The notes beneath the pieces are model-generated. The model did not search any database and had not been told where the DNA came from. It saw only the letters and a list, made by a program, of their open reading frames with translations. The position numbers and the translations under genes were made by a program. Shown piece by piece: positions 26,153 to 39,975 of a stretch of 64,000 bases of DNA. The DNA is from Octopus vulgaris (Eukaryota), in assembly GCA_951406725.2 (NCBI GenBank), contig OX597819.1, positions 120,342,001 to 120,406,000 on the forward strand, in the 5' to 3' direction. Position 1 is the stretch's first letter; every line of letters starts with the position of its first letter.

Positions 26153-29100
26153 CAAAAATAAATAGAAGGAGCAGACAACCCAATCCTTATATATACACTA
26201 TCACCTCACTAAGTTCCTTACTGGACTTGTTGCTAACTGTCATTTCATTGGCAACATCCCAGCATATGGTTTGCATGGCTCTTATAAGATATTAATTTAA
26301 ACTCTGCTTTCTTTGCAAGAACCAGAGAAGCCAGTTCTATCAGGGAAACTTTGAAGTAAACAGTTACCATTAATATCAAACATTACATGGGCAGTATTTG
26401 AACCCTTCAGTCAGTGCATGTTTACTGAATATAAACACAGACACACACATCTGGAATAGGAGAAAGAATACTAAATAGATATCACAGGGTTCGTTTATTT
26501 ATTATTTCAAAGATGGTAATTCATATTGCTGCTACTTAAAATTTCTGTCTATATCTGATTCGTTTTGTCACATGATAAATCACTTAAGCAGGTGATTAGT
26601 GTGAAAATGAATCATAAGTTACATCTGTTGATAAGAAATCCATTCTCTTTCTCTCACTCTCTCTCGCAGTGATTGTATCATCATCTTCACCGTCATCACA
26701 ATTTAATATAAGTCTTCCAGGCTGGCATGGTTTCCACAGCCAGATGCCTTTTTTTAAGCCAATAACTTTACAAAGTGTACTGGTGGTTTCTTTCATGATA
26801 CAAGAACTGGTGAGGTCACCATATACCTTTTTTTAAACTACAAAGCACCCTTTTTTAAAAAACTGAATGGCAATATAGTAAAGAAGGAGGCTGCCCTACG
26901 TTAGGTGATGAGAGATTGAAATATGATAGAAAGAACAGGAATGAGTTTGTGGTAGTAGGGAGAATAAATAAGCTACAGGGGTATTAAATACAAAGGATGA
27001 GAATTCAGACTGGAACAAATTAGGAAAGTATGTTCCACTGAATGTGTAATGCTTAGTGTGTCTGAATGAGTGAGCTCAAAAAAGTTGAGGCAGAAAAATC
27101 AGGTATAAGGGGAATCATCTGCCATATGAAAGGGGAAGACTGCATCATAGGTTGGATGGCTTGACAGGAGCTGGCAAGGCAGGGGTCACACCAGGTGTGC
27201 AAAACATTTCACAATCCAGCAATCCCAACAAATGGGCTCTTAGGACTACCAAGAGAGTTTGATCAATATGAAGGACCAGCTGATGGCTCCACAGAAACAG
27301 AGAATTAAAGTAGGTTGCTTTTTTGAGCAAGGTTGACAACACGAGCAGGGACTACCTGATTGTGGCACAAAGTTTCTTTCGGGGTCGCATTAAAACAGTG
27401 TGCCATTTTACTGTGAATGTGTTGTATACTTTTGGCTGTTTTGGTGTCTTTGGTTTTCCTTGTATTATATTTCTTTGCACCTCAAAAGAAATATGTACCA
27501 ACACACACACAAATGCAGACACAGCTATATAGTTAAGAAGTTTGCTTCTCATCTCCTGTGTTCTGGGTTCAATTCCACTGTGTGACATATTGGGCAAGTG
27601 TCTTCCAAACATAGTTTCAGTGTAAAAACCTCATTTGTGAGTTAAACTTGCTAAACAAAGACTGTGTAGGAATCTATTTGCATATTATGTCCATTTACAC
27701 ACACACATGTGCGTGCGTGCATGTAAATGTCTATACATATATCTACATATATACATATATGCATTGACAAAAAGAAAAACAAGAAAATATCAGCGGAGCT
27801 AACACAGCACAAATAATAACTGCACAGCGAAGTTAAGTCTATTAACAAATAAACAATTGTCATCTTGTTATTTACATAACGAACTTCAATGAATGGCCAG
27901 TTATTTAAAGATGAATGTTCTCATGCATATATAAACATTTGTTAAACTGTTTCCATTAATTCAGACACTAAACTAATGGAATACTACGCAGTGGTATTAC
28001 GAAGTAGCTGTATTGTCACCCTGACCAATATTTCATTACATTAAAGTTGCTGTTTTCAAAATCTAGCAAAAGGAAAAGCTATGATATGCCAATACCACAT
28101 CATCATCATCGTTTAATGTCCACTTTGCATGCTAGCATGGGTTGGACGATTTGACTGAGGACTGGCGAACCAGATGGCTGCACCAGGCTCCAATCTTCAT
28201 CTGGCAGAGTTTCTACAGCTGGATGCCCTTCCCAACGCCAACCACTCTGAGAGTGTAGTGGGTGTTTTTACATGCCACTGGCACGGAGGCCAGTCAGGCG
28301 GTACTGACAACGGCCACGCTCAAATGGTGTGTTTTTATGTGCCACCTGCACAGGAGCCAGTCCAGCGGCTCTGGCAACGACCTTGCTGGAATGTTTTTTC
28401 AAGTGCCAGTAGGGTGACACTAGTAATGATCACGCTTGAATGGTGACTTTTTACGTGCCACCAGCACGGAAGACTATTGGTAGCTCATAAAAATACACTA
28501 TGTACATATGAGTGTGTGTGTGTGTAGAGCGAGAGAGGGAGGGAGAGAGAGAGAGAAAGTGAGTGTTTAAGAGGATTGATTAAAACCAGGGAATATCAAA
28601 TTAATGGCTAATAAGGTAAAATACAAATCAGCAGGTGGACAATGTCCCGTTGAGCTTATGCTGTCCAGCAGCATGTCAGTACCTGAACTCGCACAACACA
28701 ACGCAGCCTAGCATTTGAGATTCCCTGTTGTGCTCTACATTATCTTATCGATGTTGCCCCTCATATATACCTGCTTATATGATACTACAATGCAATAGAA
28801 TCTCTTAATGAAGTGATTGGAGCAATACCACATAATTTATTTGTTGGTCTCTATTGGTGTGTGTGTGTTTTTATGTTTGCTCCACCACCACTGCTTGGCA
28901 ACCGATGTTGGTTTGTTTACATTCCATTAACTTAGTGGTTCAGCAAAAGAGATCAACTGAGTAAGTACTAACCCTAAAAAACAAGTACTGATAAGGGCAC
29001 AAAAAATAAATAAATAATTGATATTTACACCCCTGGCTTGCTGCGTCTTCTCAAGCACAGCATATTCCCAAAGGTCTTGGTCACTAGTTATTGCCTTATG

Positions 29101-31016
29101 AGTGAATTTGGTAGACAGAAAATATGTAGAAGCCCTTTATATATATCGATTGCAAATTTTGGCACAAAGCCAGCAATTTCAGGAGAGGGCACAAGTTGAT
29201 ATTCAAGGCAGTGACAGCATGGCTGCAGTCCAATGATTGAAGCAAGTAAAAGATAAAGAAAGTGAACTAACAGGAGTGGCTGTGTGGTAAGTAGCTTGCT
29301 TACCAACCACAAGGTTGTGGGTTCATTCCCATTGCATAGCACATTGGGCAAATGACTTCTACTATAGGTTCGGGACAACCAAAGCCTTGTGAGTGGATTT
29401 GGTAGATAGAAACTGAAAGAAGCCCAGCATATATACGTATATGTATATATATATATGTGTGTGTGTTTGTCTCCCCAAAATTGCTTGACAACCGATGGTG
29501 GTGTGCTTTTTTATTTCCCTGTAACTTAGTGGTTCGGCAAAAGAGCCCAATAGAATAAGTACTAGGCTTCCAAAGAATAAGTCCTGGGGTCAATTTGCTC
29601 GACTAAAGGCGGTGCTCCAGCATGGCCGCAGTCAAAGAGCAAAAGATTAACACTGAAGGGACCATACTCAATAAGCAGAAAGAAAATAGGTAGGAAAAGA
29701 ACTCTATATAGTGTAATTTAATGGAAGAAAGGAGCAGTTGGATATTGGACAAGCAGAGAAGAAAAAACTCACAGGAATAACTAAACAGTATGATGACCTA
29801 AGAAATAAGATCTTTTAACAGTCCAAGAGGCCCAATAGACACAGTTGTTGGCTTCTGTTACCCAAAAGTACTAACAAGTAATTGGTGGACGACTGTGAAA
29901 GCACAGGAACCAGAGTAAGGACCGAGTAAAACAAAAAAACAATCCTAAGTGGTTTTCTGTTGATGAATGAACAGTTTATTTCTATGAATGAAGAGCAGAT
30001 TGTAAGATGTTTGCACATATCTGTATTCAAGTATATGAAGTGCAAATGTTGTATGATAGCAAGACGTGAACACTGAATCATAGACGTACAAAGGCTAGAA
30101 AGAATAGAAGCAAGCCTGCTTTGGTAAATGTGTTTCCAGAGTTTTCATCTATAAAAACGATGATGGATAATATGACTTCAGAAATAAGATATTTGTGAAT
30201 CAGTAACTGGAACTCCATTGGTTACAATGATTGAGGGTTCGGGTAGATCCAATCCACAGAAACAGCCTGCTAATGAAATTAGCAAGCAAGTAGCCAGACG
30301 CTCCACAAACAGGTGAACTCAATGTTTGTTCTCAGGTAAATTCAGCGTAACACAGAGTGTGTAAAGGCTGACCCTTTAAAATACAGGAACTACTCCTTTT
30401 TGGTAGCTAACTGAACTGGAGCAAAATGAAATAAAGTATCTTGCTCAAGTATACAATGAGGCACTGGAAATCAAACTCACCTCACAATTATGACCCTAAC
30501 AACAAAGCCACATAACTTCAGATGATGTGAGTCATTAATCAATCATCATCATAATCATCATCGTTTAATGCCTGCTATCCATGCTGGCATGGGTTGGATG
30601 ATTTGACAGAGGACTGGCGAACCAGATGGCTGCACCAGGCTCCAATCTGATCTGGCAAAGTTTCTACAGCTGGATGCCCTTCTTAATGCCAACGACTCCG
30701 AGAATGTAGTGGGTACTTTTATGTGCTGCCGGCACAAAGGCCAGTCTAGCGGTACTGGCAATGGCCACGCCCAAATGGTGGTGTTTTTTTTTTTACGTGT
30801 CACCTGCACAAGTGCCAGTAAGGTAACGCTGGTAACGATCACGCTCGAAAGGTGCTTTTTACATGCCACTGGCACGGAAGCCAGTTAGCCGCTCTGGCAA
30901 CGATCATGCTTGGATGGTGCTCCTAGTGCTCCACTAGCACGAATGCCAGTCATCAAATTTTATTTCGATTTCACTTGCCTCAACAAATATATTCATTAAA
31001 GGTAAGTCTGGACTTC

Positions 31017-31053
<37 letters not shown>

Positions 31054-31126
31054 TCATATGTAAATGTAATCATAATAATTTATAAACTGCAAAAGACAAA
31101 CAAAAAATAATCAGGAAGATATTTAC

Positions 31127-31204
31127 CGTGAAGGAGCAACTCCAACAAGATTCGGGCCAAGTCCTTTAAATAATCCTTTTAGACCTTCGGTTTCCACTAT
31201 GTGG
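31127..31204 (-). CDS. SLC25A36: SLC25A36-like coding exon, 78 nt
   Basis: ttcttttcag|C ... CG|gtaaat. Encodes [25 protein letters not shown](R), the EG-xx-LFKG motif plus helix 2. In frame with both neighbours and missed by the ORF track. Confidence 0.95.
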
Positions 31205-32334
31205 CTGAAAAGAAATTTTAATACCATTATTATTCTTTATTACTACTACAACTACTACTACTACTACTACTAGAGTGTTACCTATCATACAACAGGTAAC
31301 TCTGGAAATCTGTTTTAGCTACTACGGCTAATATCAGGTAGTATGGCATATATATAATTATTACAATTTAGCATTTTATCAAATATTTTGGTGCAAATAC
31401 AAAAATTGAAGAAGTGCTAATTTCCAAATGAAATAATATCTAATTTGTCATTTACTCTTCCTCCTTTATCTATATTATTGTCTATCTCATTATGTGTGTG
31501 TGTGCAGACATATTTTCTAAGGCCAGATGCCCGTCCTAATGCCAACCCTTTCATAGCATGTAGACTAATTAAAATAGTGTCTATGCATTTGTTTTAGATT
31601 TAAAAGGAATCAAGTACATGGCTAGTAAAATAATTTTTTATGACATCAAACTTTGTTATTCTACTCATTTATCAGTTCAATCTGAATGAATAAACTGTGT
31701 CTATGGCCTTCATAGGTTCCCTGAGAACAGTGAGGTTCATTTTCCTTTTACTTGTTCCAATGACAGGAACGTGGCCATGCTGGGAATTGCTCTGAAGAGT
31801 TTCGTTGAACAAATCAACCCCGATACTTACTTTTCGAGTCTGGTACTAATTGACTAATTGTATTATTCTCTTTTTGCCAAACTGCTAAGTTACAGGGATG
31901 CAAACAAACCAATACTAGTTGTCAGGTGAGAGGGGCAAACACAATGGGCTTCCACACAATTTCTGTCTACTGAATGCATGCAGATAATACCTGGGTGCAG
32001 GAACGAAGGGTGGTACCTACATAACAGTGCACACTGATATGTAAGAAGAAAAATATGGAAAGGTCAAAAGCTGATGAAAATATTGTCCCAGAGAGACCAT
32101 CAACACATACCATTATAATGCCATCTGATAGGAAAGCATTGAGTCAGAAAACAAGAAATAGCTGGAACCTTTAGTGTAAATCTCACAAGCATATGGAAAT
32201 CCCAGAGAGGAGACAGATGAGTCTATAGTTGGGGAGGTTTAGACGAGAAATTCATGTGATAGACACAATTGAAAGCTTTGATGTCAAGGGCAAAACTTTC
32301 TTTCACCAAATGAGAGTAACATAAGAAAGTAAGA

Positions 32335-32780
32335 CTTCATGGACACATTGAAACTCCGACGTCTGGCAACTGACTTGGCAGACACCCATAAAATTATTAA
32401 CCATCTTACAAACAATAACTCTGAGCACCTTTTCAAACTCCACCCGTCTAACACCCGTGGACATGTTTACAAAGTCAGAAAACAGCACAGCTCCCATCAC
32501 TTTCGGAAACATTTTTTCACACTAAGAGTTGCTGAAGCATGGAACAGACTGCCGGCATCAGTTGTTAGTTGTCGGAGCAGTGCATCCTTCAAAACTTCCA
32601 TGCTTCCTGAGATTCACCAACACTACACCTGATTTTCTCCCCACCATACACACGCAAGCATGTATCTGACTCATACATTGTTCGCTTTCCAGACACTTGT
32701 ACATTACTGCATATGCTTTATACGCACTTTTGACACGTGTGTGCACCTGAGCACTGTATACAATAATTTCATTATATTAT
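32335..32780 (+). mobile_element. CR1/L2-like LINE 3' fragment
   Basis: LRRLATDLADTHKII...NTRGHVYKVRKQ...RKHFFTLRVAEAWNRLPASVV..SFK matches the typical CR1/L2-group ORF2 C-terminus. It is followed by a 3'UTR ending in (TTA)n. Confidence 0.85.
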
Positions 32781-33091
32781 GATGAGAGTCGTACTGATGG
32801 ATAGAAGGAGAGATAGAATTTCAAGACGATGGAGATTGTTGTTACTGCATTTGTTTATTATCTTTGAAATACAACAAGTTAATACAAGACATTTGTCAAA
32901 TGGGTTGCCTTTCTTGAGAATGGTACATGAGACATGATGGAGCAAGATTCCTAAGACCAGAACACATCACAGGAGAAATAATTAATGTTTAGAATGTAAC
33001 TTAAAAAATGTTCTTATATAAAATTACGATTGAAGGTTTTTAATTTAAATCCAAACCCTTCAAATTTGGTAGTTCTACAACAGAATCGTGA

Positions 33092-33402
33092 AGGCGCATG
33101 GCTCAGTGGTTAGAGCGCCGAGCTTACAATTGTGAGTTTGAATCCTGGACTGGGCTGCGTGTTGTGTTCTTGAGCAAGACACCTTGCTCCAGTTCACTCA
33201 GCTGTAGAAATGAGTTGCGACGCCACTGGTGCCAAGCTGTATTGGCCTTTGCCTTTCCTTTGGATAACATCAGTGGCGTGGAGAGAGGAGGCCGGTATGC
33301 ATGGGCGACTGCTAGTCTTCCATAAACCTTGCCTGGACTTGTGTCTGGGAGGGTAACTTTCTAGGTGTAATCCCATGGTCAGTCATGACCGAAGGGGGTC
33401 TT
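33092..33402 (+). mobile_element. tRNA-derived CORE-like SINE, minor family
   Basis: GGCGCATGGCTCAGTGGTTAGAGC (A box), GAGTTTGAATCC (B box) and TTGTGTTCTTGAGCAAGACAC. Confidence 0.75.
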
Positions 33403-33909
33403 AGCAACAACAGAATCAATCAGATTATTTCAGGAGGATTCACATCAAATAGGTTAAAAGAAAAAAAGATTATAATTCACGAAATAATTATAAAAATTTT
33501 AGTATTTATTTCTTAATGAAGTATGAAGTTCTTCAAAATAAAACAACCCAGTAAGTAATCATATAATATTTTATGACCAACTACCTAAGTTTCTTTCATA
33601 TAATTTCTTGATCATAAATCAATTTGAATATGCAGTCTGCCAGTCACAAGATTAAGCTTAATCTTTGTAATATTAAATACTAACCCGAGTTCATTCATAC
33701 TAAAGTGCTCATACTTACATTAAGCCCTCAATCAAAATATTTAAATATAAATGATAACGCAAGATTTCAGTTGGTCAACACCAACAATATACCTATAACC
33801 ATGTTACAGCTATTTTTCCTAAGCCTAAGTCTTTACTATAGTAAAAAGTAGATGGAAAACTTGGGTAGTCTACTTATTAGAAATATAATAAGAGTATATA
33901 ACGTTTCAA

Positions 33910-34478
33910 GGCGGTGAGCTGGCAGAAACGTTAGCATGACGGGAGAAATGCTAAGCAGTATTTTGTCTGCCACTACGTTCTGAGTTCAAATTCCGCCAAG
34001 GTCGACTTTGCCTTTCATCCTTTCAGGATCGATAACTAAGTACCAGTTATGCACTGGGGTCAATATAATCGACTTAATCCATTTGTCTGTCCTCTCTGTG
34101 TTTAGCCCCTTGTGGGTAGTAAAGAAATAGGTATTTCGTCTGTCGCTACGTTCCGAGTTCAAATTCCGCCGAGGTCGACTTTGCCTTTCATCATTTCGGG
34201 CTCGATTAAATAAGCACTAGTTACGGACTGGGGTCGATATAATTGACTTAGTCCGTTTGTCTGTCCTTGTTTGTCCCCTCTGTATGTTGCCCCTTGTGTG
34301 TAGTAAAGAAATAGGTATTTCGTCTGCCGCTACGTTCTGAGTTTAAATTCCGCCGAGGTTGACTTAGCCTTTCATGGTCGATTAAATAAGTACCAGTTAC
34401 GCACTGGGGTCGATATAGCCGACTTAGTCCGTTTGTCCCCTCTGTGTGTAGCCCCTTGTGGGCAGTAAAGAAGCAAGA
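33910..34478 (+). mobile_element. tRNA-derived SINE family A, tandem trimer
   Basis: Head GGCGGTGAGCTGGCAGAAACGTTAGC, B box GAGTTCAAATTCC, central GACTTTGCCTTTCATCCTTTC(G)GGGTCGAT (resembles the Meta-SINE domain, from memory) and tail AAAGAAATA. Other copies at about 4285-4490(-), 8309-8535(+), 37175-37790(-), 40197-40395(-), 43201-43414(-), 51045-51240(+), 54747-54965(-), 57518-57717(-). Confidence 0.85.
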
Positions 34479-34968
34479 AATATAACAACAGTAGTGTTAT
34501 GATTTATGATTCAAACATTAGATGGTACAGGGCTGGAATTTCTTGTGGGGAAAGGATCTCTGCTTAATTAGCAGGCTGAGGAACTTAGGAGAAAACAAAA
34601 GAAAAAAACTTCTATTAAATGCATTGACACCACTGTGTTATCTGTCAAAACAAACTTTTACACCTGAAAACTCACACCTGAACAGACATGAATATTTGTG
34701 TCTTTATGTGCAAGGCCAGTAACTAAAATCTTAACACTATACTCAGAGGGTCTTAAATCACCAGGTTCATGAAGAAGTAGCAGTATTTTCAACCCTGTAA
34801 TTAAACGTTTAATTTGATGAACCTCAATCTGAGGTTAATGAGTAGCGCAGAGGGAAAACAGTAACTATGATTTCAAACCACATGATCGAAAGATCGTCAA
34901 GGATATAGTGAGGTAATATTTGTAAGTGTGTAAATGTATGAAGTCTGCAGGAGTAAATAGGATTTTAA

Positions 34969-35390
34969 CCCTTTCGTTACCGTATTTATTTTGAGATGTT
35001 CTGTGTTTCTTTCGATTACGTTAAATATAGCAAAGAATTTAGTAAAATAACTTAGTTATCATTTGTTTATGTGTTATTCTACTCATTTATCAGTTCAATC
35101 TGAAAGAATAAACTGTGTCTATGGCCTTCATAGGTTCCCTGAGAACAGTAAGGTTCATTTTCCTTTTACTCGTTCCAATGACAGGAACGTGGCCATGCTG
35201 GGAATTGCTCTGAAGAGTTTCGTTGAACAAATCAACACTTATTTTTTGAATCTGGTACTAATTGACTAATTGTATTACTCTCTTTTATTGGGACTAAGGT
35301 TTGGTGGAAGATTTTAATTCAAAATTTATGATAACAAGAGATTTGTACTCAAAGCAAGAACCGGTTTCAGCCGGGTTGGTAACGAAAGGG
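34969..35390. mobile_element. piggyBac-like MITE carrying an internal ~215-bp copy of local intron DNA
   Basis: Perfect TIRs CCCTTTCGTTACC and TTAA flanks. 35072-35286 is a near-identical copy of 31654-31874. Confidence 0.85.
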
Positions 35391-35601
35391 TTAAAAGCAA
35401 TGACCTAATGTTTTCTTATGGACAGTGGATGTTAAATAACTTTGGACTATAAGCAGACATAGGTCTGACTTTAAGCAACACAGCATCAATACTTCACCGT
35501 GAACAAGTAAATAGATAAAAAAAAAAATGAAGAGGCTAGCATCAAGTGAAAGCTACACAATCAGTATAATGAGAGAACTGGTTATATAAATTCCAGTCTG
35601 G

Positions 35602-35890
35602 AGGCACATGGCCTAGTGGTTAGAGCAGCGGACTCGCGGTCAAGGGATCGCGGGTTCGAATCTCAGACCAGGCAATGTGTGTATTTATGAGCGCAATACC
35701 TAAGCTCCACACGGCTCCGGCAAAAGGTAATGGCAAACTTCTGCCAACTCTTTCGCTACAACTTTCTCTCACTCTTCCCTCCTACATCCTGCAGCTCACC
35801 TGCGACGGACTGGCATCCTGTCCAGGTGGGGAACCTATACGCCAAGGAAACCAGCACTTATGAGCCAACCGTGGCTCGAGAAGGAACAAA
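35602..35890 (+). mobile_element. tRNA-derived SINE with a V-domain-like segment
   Basis: GGCACATGGCCTAGTGGTTAGAGC...GGTTCGAATCTC and CTGCGACGGACTGGCATCCTGTCCAGG. Confidence 0.7.
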
Positions 35891-37174
35891 CAAAAATTCC
35901 AGTAGTCAAATTGTAGGAATGTTGGAATATTCAAAGAAATACAACTGAGTTGGCAGCTCTGTTTATCCCAAAATATGTACAAAACATGGTATATGACAAC
36001 TCAGGAACATGCCTGTCCAGATGTCAAGGAGATCAAAGAAGACCACACAAATAAAGGTGCAGGTATGGTTGTGTGGTTAAGAAGCTCACTCTGAAACCAC
36101 ATGGCTTCAGGTTCAATCTCACAACTCAGCACTTTGGACAAATGTCTTCTACTATAGCCCCTGGCCAACCACGACATGTGTGAATTTGGTAGAGAGAAAC
36201 TGAGAGGAGGCCTGTCATGTATGTGTAGGCATGTTCTTGGCATCCGTGTTTATCCCTCACTACTGCTGGTGTTAGTTTGTTTACATCCCCTTTACTTGGT
36301 GGTTCAGCAAAGGAGTATGATAGAACAAGTACCAGCCCAAAAAAAAAAAAAGAAAAATGAGTTCTGAGGTCAATTTGTTCAACTAAAACCCTTCAAGATG
36401 GCTGCAGGTTAAATATGAAAATCAAGAATAAGAGTCTTTGAACTCTAATAGACATAATGATCGATCTCTTCTGACCAAATAAGCAGCATGTGGTGTTTAA
36501 AGTAAAAACAGCACATAGGCGTAGGAGTGGCTGTGTGGTAAGTAGCTTGCTTACCAACCACATGGTTTCGGGTTCAGTCCCACTGTGTGACACCTTGTGC
36601 AAGTATCTTCTACTATAGCCTCGGGCTGACCAAAGCCTTGTGAGTGTATTTGGTAGACGGAAATTGAAAGTCCTTCGTATATATGTGTGTATATATATAT
36701 ATATATATGTATATGTATGTGTGTGTATATATTTGTGTGTGTTTGTCCCCGCCAACATTGCTTGACAACCGAAGCTGGAGTGTTTACGTCCCCGTAACTT
36801 AGCGGTTCGGCAAAAGAGACCGATATAATAAGCACTAGGCTTACAAAGAATAAGTCCTGGGGTCGATTTCCTTGACTAAAGGCGGTGCTCCAGCATGGCC
36901 ACAGTTAAATGACTGAAACAAGTAAAATAGTAAAAGAATAATAACCGAAGCTCTAGGCTGGACGAAGAACTTGAACAAAGACGTAAATGTCATACCAGGT
37001 GTCACAATTTTATAGAGAGCATAAAAATAAAACTAGTCCATATCCAATTGAAAAGCACAGCAGACTTAGAACACTTTTTTGCACTCAACACATTGTCCAT
37101 ACAATCTCCCCACAATACACTAAATAAATTGTGCACAACCCACACAACATAGTCTATACAACCACCATCAATAT

Positions 37175-37790
37175 TTTTTCTACTCTAGGCACAAGGCTTG
37201 AATTTTTTGGGAGGAGGGGGCCCAGTCAATTAGATCAACCCCAGTACACAAGTGGTACTTAATTTATCAACCCTGAAAGGATGAAAGGCAAAGTCGACCT
37301 CGGCGGAATTTGAACCCAGAATGTAAAGACAGACAAAATACTGCTAAGCATTCCACCCAGCATGCTAACATTTCTTATTTCTTTATTGCCCACAAGGGGC
37401 TAAACATAGAGAGGATAAACAAGGACAGACAAAGGGATTAAGTCGATTATATCGACCCCAGTGCATAACTGGTACTTTATTTATTGACTCCGAAAGGATG
37501 AAAGGCAAAGTCGACCTTGACGGAATTTGAACTCAGAACATAAAGACAGACGAAATACCTATTTTTTTACTATTCACAAGGGGCTAAACACAGAGAGGAC
37601 AAACAAGGACAGACAAACGGATTAAGTTGATTATATCGACTCCAGTGCTTAACTGGTACTTATTTAATCGACCCCGAAAGGATGAAAGGCAAAGTCGACC
37701 TCGGCGGAATTTGAACTCAGAATGTAACAGCAGGCGAAATACTGCTAAGCATTTCGCCCAGCATGCTAACGTTTCTGCCAGCTCGCCACC
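37175..37790 (-). mobile_element. SINE family A multimer, opposite orientation
   Basis: Three tandem partial units that are the reverse complement of the 33910 array. Confidence 0.85.
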
Positions 37791-38469
37791 ATCAATATTA
37801 AAACACACAACACAAACCACACAGTATACATGAAACATAATCAGTCCCTAAAAAAATACTCACAAAGCATTTGGTTTACCATCAGGCCCTATCCATATAT
37901 AAGTGTTACAAACAGAAAACAAATATACAATGTTATTTAATTTTTGTATTTGGATGGCAAGTTGCTTAATAACAAACTCTTGTGTTGAAACATATTTCAC
38001 TGTCTATTGAGAGGGTCATAATACCAAAGTAAACACACACACACTGGCTCTTCTTTTATTAGTTACTAGCAAATTGGTTAACCAATTACACTAAGTTATA
38101 TACTAAGAAATAACACAGGTGAAGCAAGTGACATTACACAATATAAAGACTGTGTATGTCTGTATATATTTGCACATGTGTGTGTGTGTTTGTTTTTTGT
38201 TGTTGTTTTTTTTATTGAGAGAGTGTCTGTGTATCTCCTTGTCGACCTTGCATGAAAAGTTGTAAATAAATGTCACAATCATAAAACTATTGTCATTCAT
38301 GACCCAATATTCTACAAATCATGGGGGTGGGAAATTACCTGGAAACAATTGAATAAATCAAGTGTGCTTAAAGGAAGCAGTTTCCACAGCAGAAAAACCT
38401 GCTCCAATAATTTCGTTTCACTCATGTTAGCATGATAAAACAGAAATAAAATCAATGACTTTGTTTGTG

Positions 38470-38507
<38 letters not shown>

Positions 38508-39659
38508 TATGTAGGGAGGGAGGAGGGTGACATTCTATGTATCTCAATGAATATATTGATATACATATATACAAATTTAAGTCACAAATATATGGAGTCA
38601 ACTTAATTCAGTGGTGCTCAAAAGAAAAACACCTATCATCATCATCATCGTTTAGCATCCGCTTTCCATGCTAGCATGGGTTGGACGGTTCAACTGGGGT
38701 CTGGGAAGCCAGAAGGCTGCACCAGGCCCAGTCTGATCTGGCAATGTTTCTACGGCTGGATGCCCTTCCTAACGCCAACCACTCCGTGAGTGTAGTGGGT
38801 GCTTTTTATGTGCCAGACAAGGCTAGCTAACGGCCACGATCGGATGGTGCTTTTTACATGCCCCTGGCATGGGGCCCACGCGAGGCTGGCAATGGCCACA
38901 ATCGGACGGTGCCTTTTACATGCCACCGGCATGAGGCCAGTCGGGGTGGTGCTGGCAACGGCCACGTTCAGATGGTTCTCTTACGTACCACAGCTGCAAT
39001 TCACCTATATAGAATATATATTACAATACAAGAGAAAAGCATAAGGAGTGTATAAAGGATCAAATTTTCGACATGCCCTTCCTGTTGCCAAGTTTTACTT
39101 GTTCCCAAGCAAGGAGATATTGAGGGAAACTACACCATATTTTGTAGAATAATTGTTTGTTTGCAAGAATATAAGTATTTGCCTGTGTGTATGTGTATGC
39201 TTGTGTGACATCATTATCATCGTTTAACATCCACTTTCCATGCTGGCATGGGTTGGACGGTTTGAATGAGGACTGGCAAGCCAGCACCAGGCTCCAATCT
39301 GATCTGGCAATGTTTCTACAGCTGGATGCTCTTCCTAATGCCAACTACTCCAAGATTGTAGTGGGTGCTTTTTCCGTGCCACCGGCACAGCAGCCAGTCA
39401 GGCAGGCTTAGCATCGATCCCGTTTGGATGGTGCTTTTTACGTGCCACTGGTACAAGAGCCAGTCAGGATGTGTGTGTATATATACATATACACACACAC
39501 ACACACACTCGGAGTGGTTGGTGTTAGGAAGGGCATCCAGCTGTAGAAACCTTGCCAAATCAGATTGGAGTTTGGTGCAGCCTTCTGGCTCACCAGTCTT
39601 CAGTCAAACCATCCAACCCATGCCAGCATGGAAAGCAGATGTTAAATGATGACATATGA

Positions 39660-39703
<44 letters not shown>

Positions 39704-39739
39704 ATCATCATCATTTAACATATCTATCTATCTATATAT

Positions 39740-39975
39740 ATATATATAATAACAACGGGTAAAATTAACAAATTAAGAAGTAATCAATAATTTCACCAAG
39801 TAGAATTCGGTATGAAAAAAGGACCATTTCACGGTAAACTTAAGTAATACTTATTAATAAGGGTTCAGCAAAGATTTGCTTTACCACATACCGAAGTTTA
39901 GCTAAGATTTTTCGGCTGCTATTTCTAAACTTCGGTATGTGGTAAAGCAAATCTTTGCTGAACCCTTATTATTAT
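39740..39975. mobile_element. Insert in a (TA)n tract with a perfect 47-bp inverted repeat (Penelope-like end?)
   Basis: Arms 39855-39901 and 39925-39971 with a 23-nt spacer, embedded in (TA)n. Confidence 0.55.

Noticed and set aside
35602-35675. tRNA-like sequences (also at 33092 and 20870-20931)
   Set aside because: There is no complete acceptor stem, and each continues into a SINE body. They are SINE heads, not tRNA genes.
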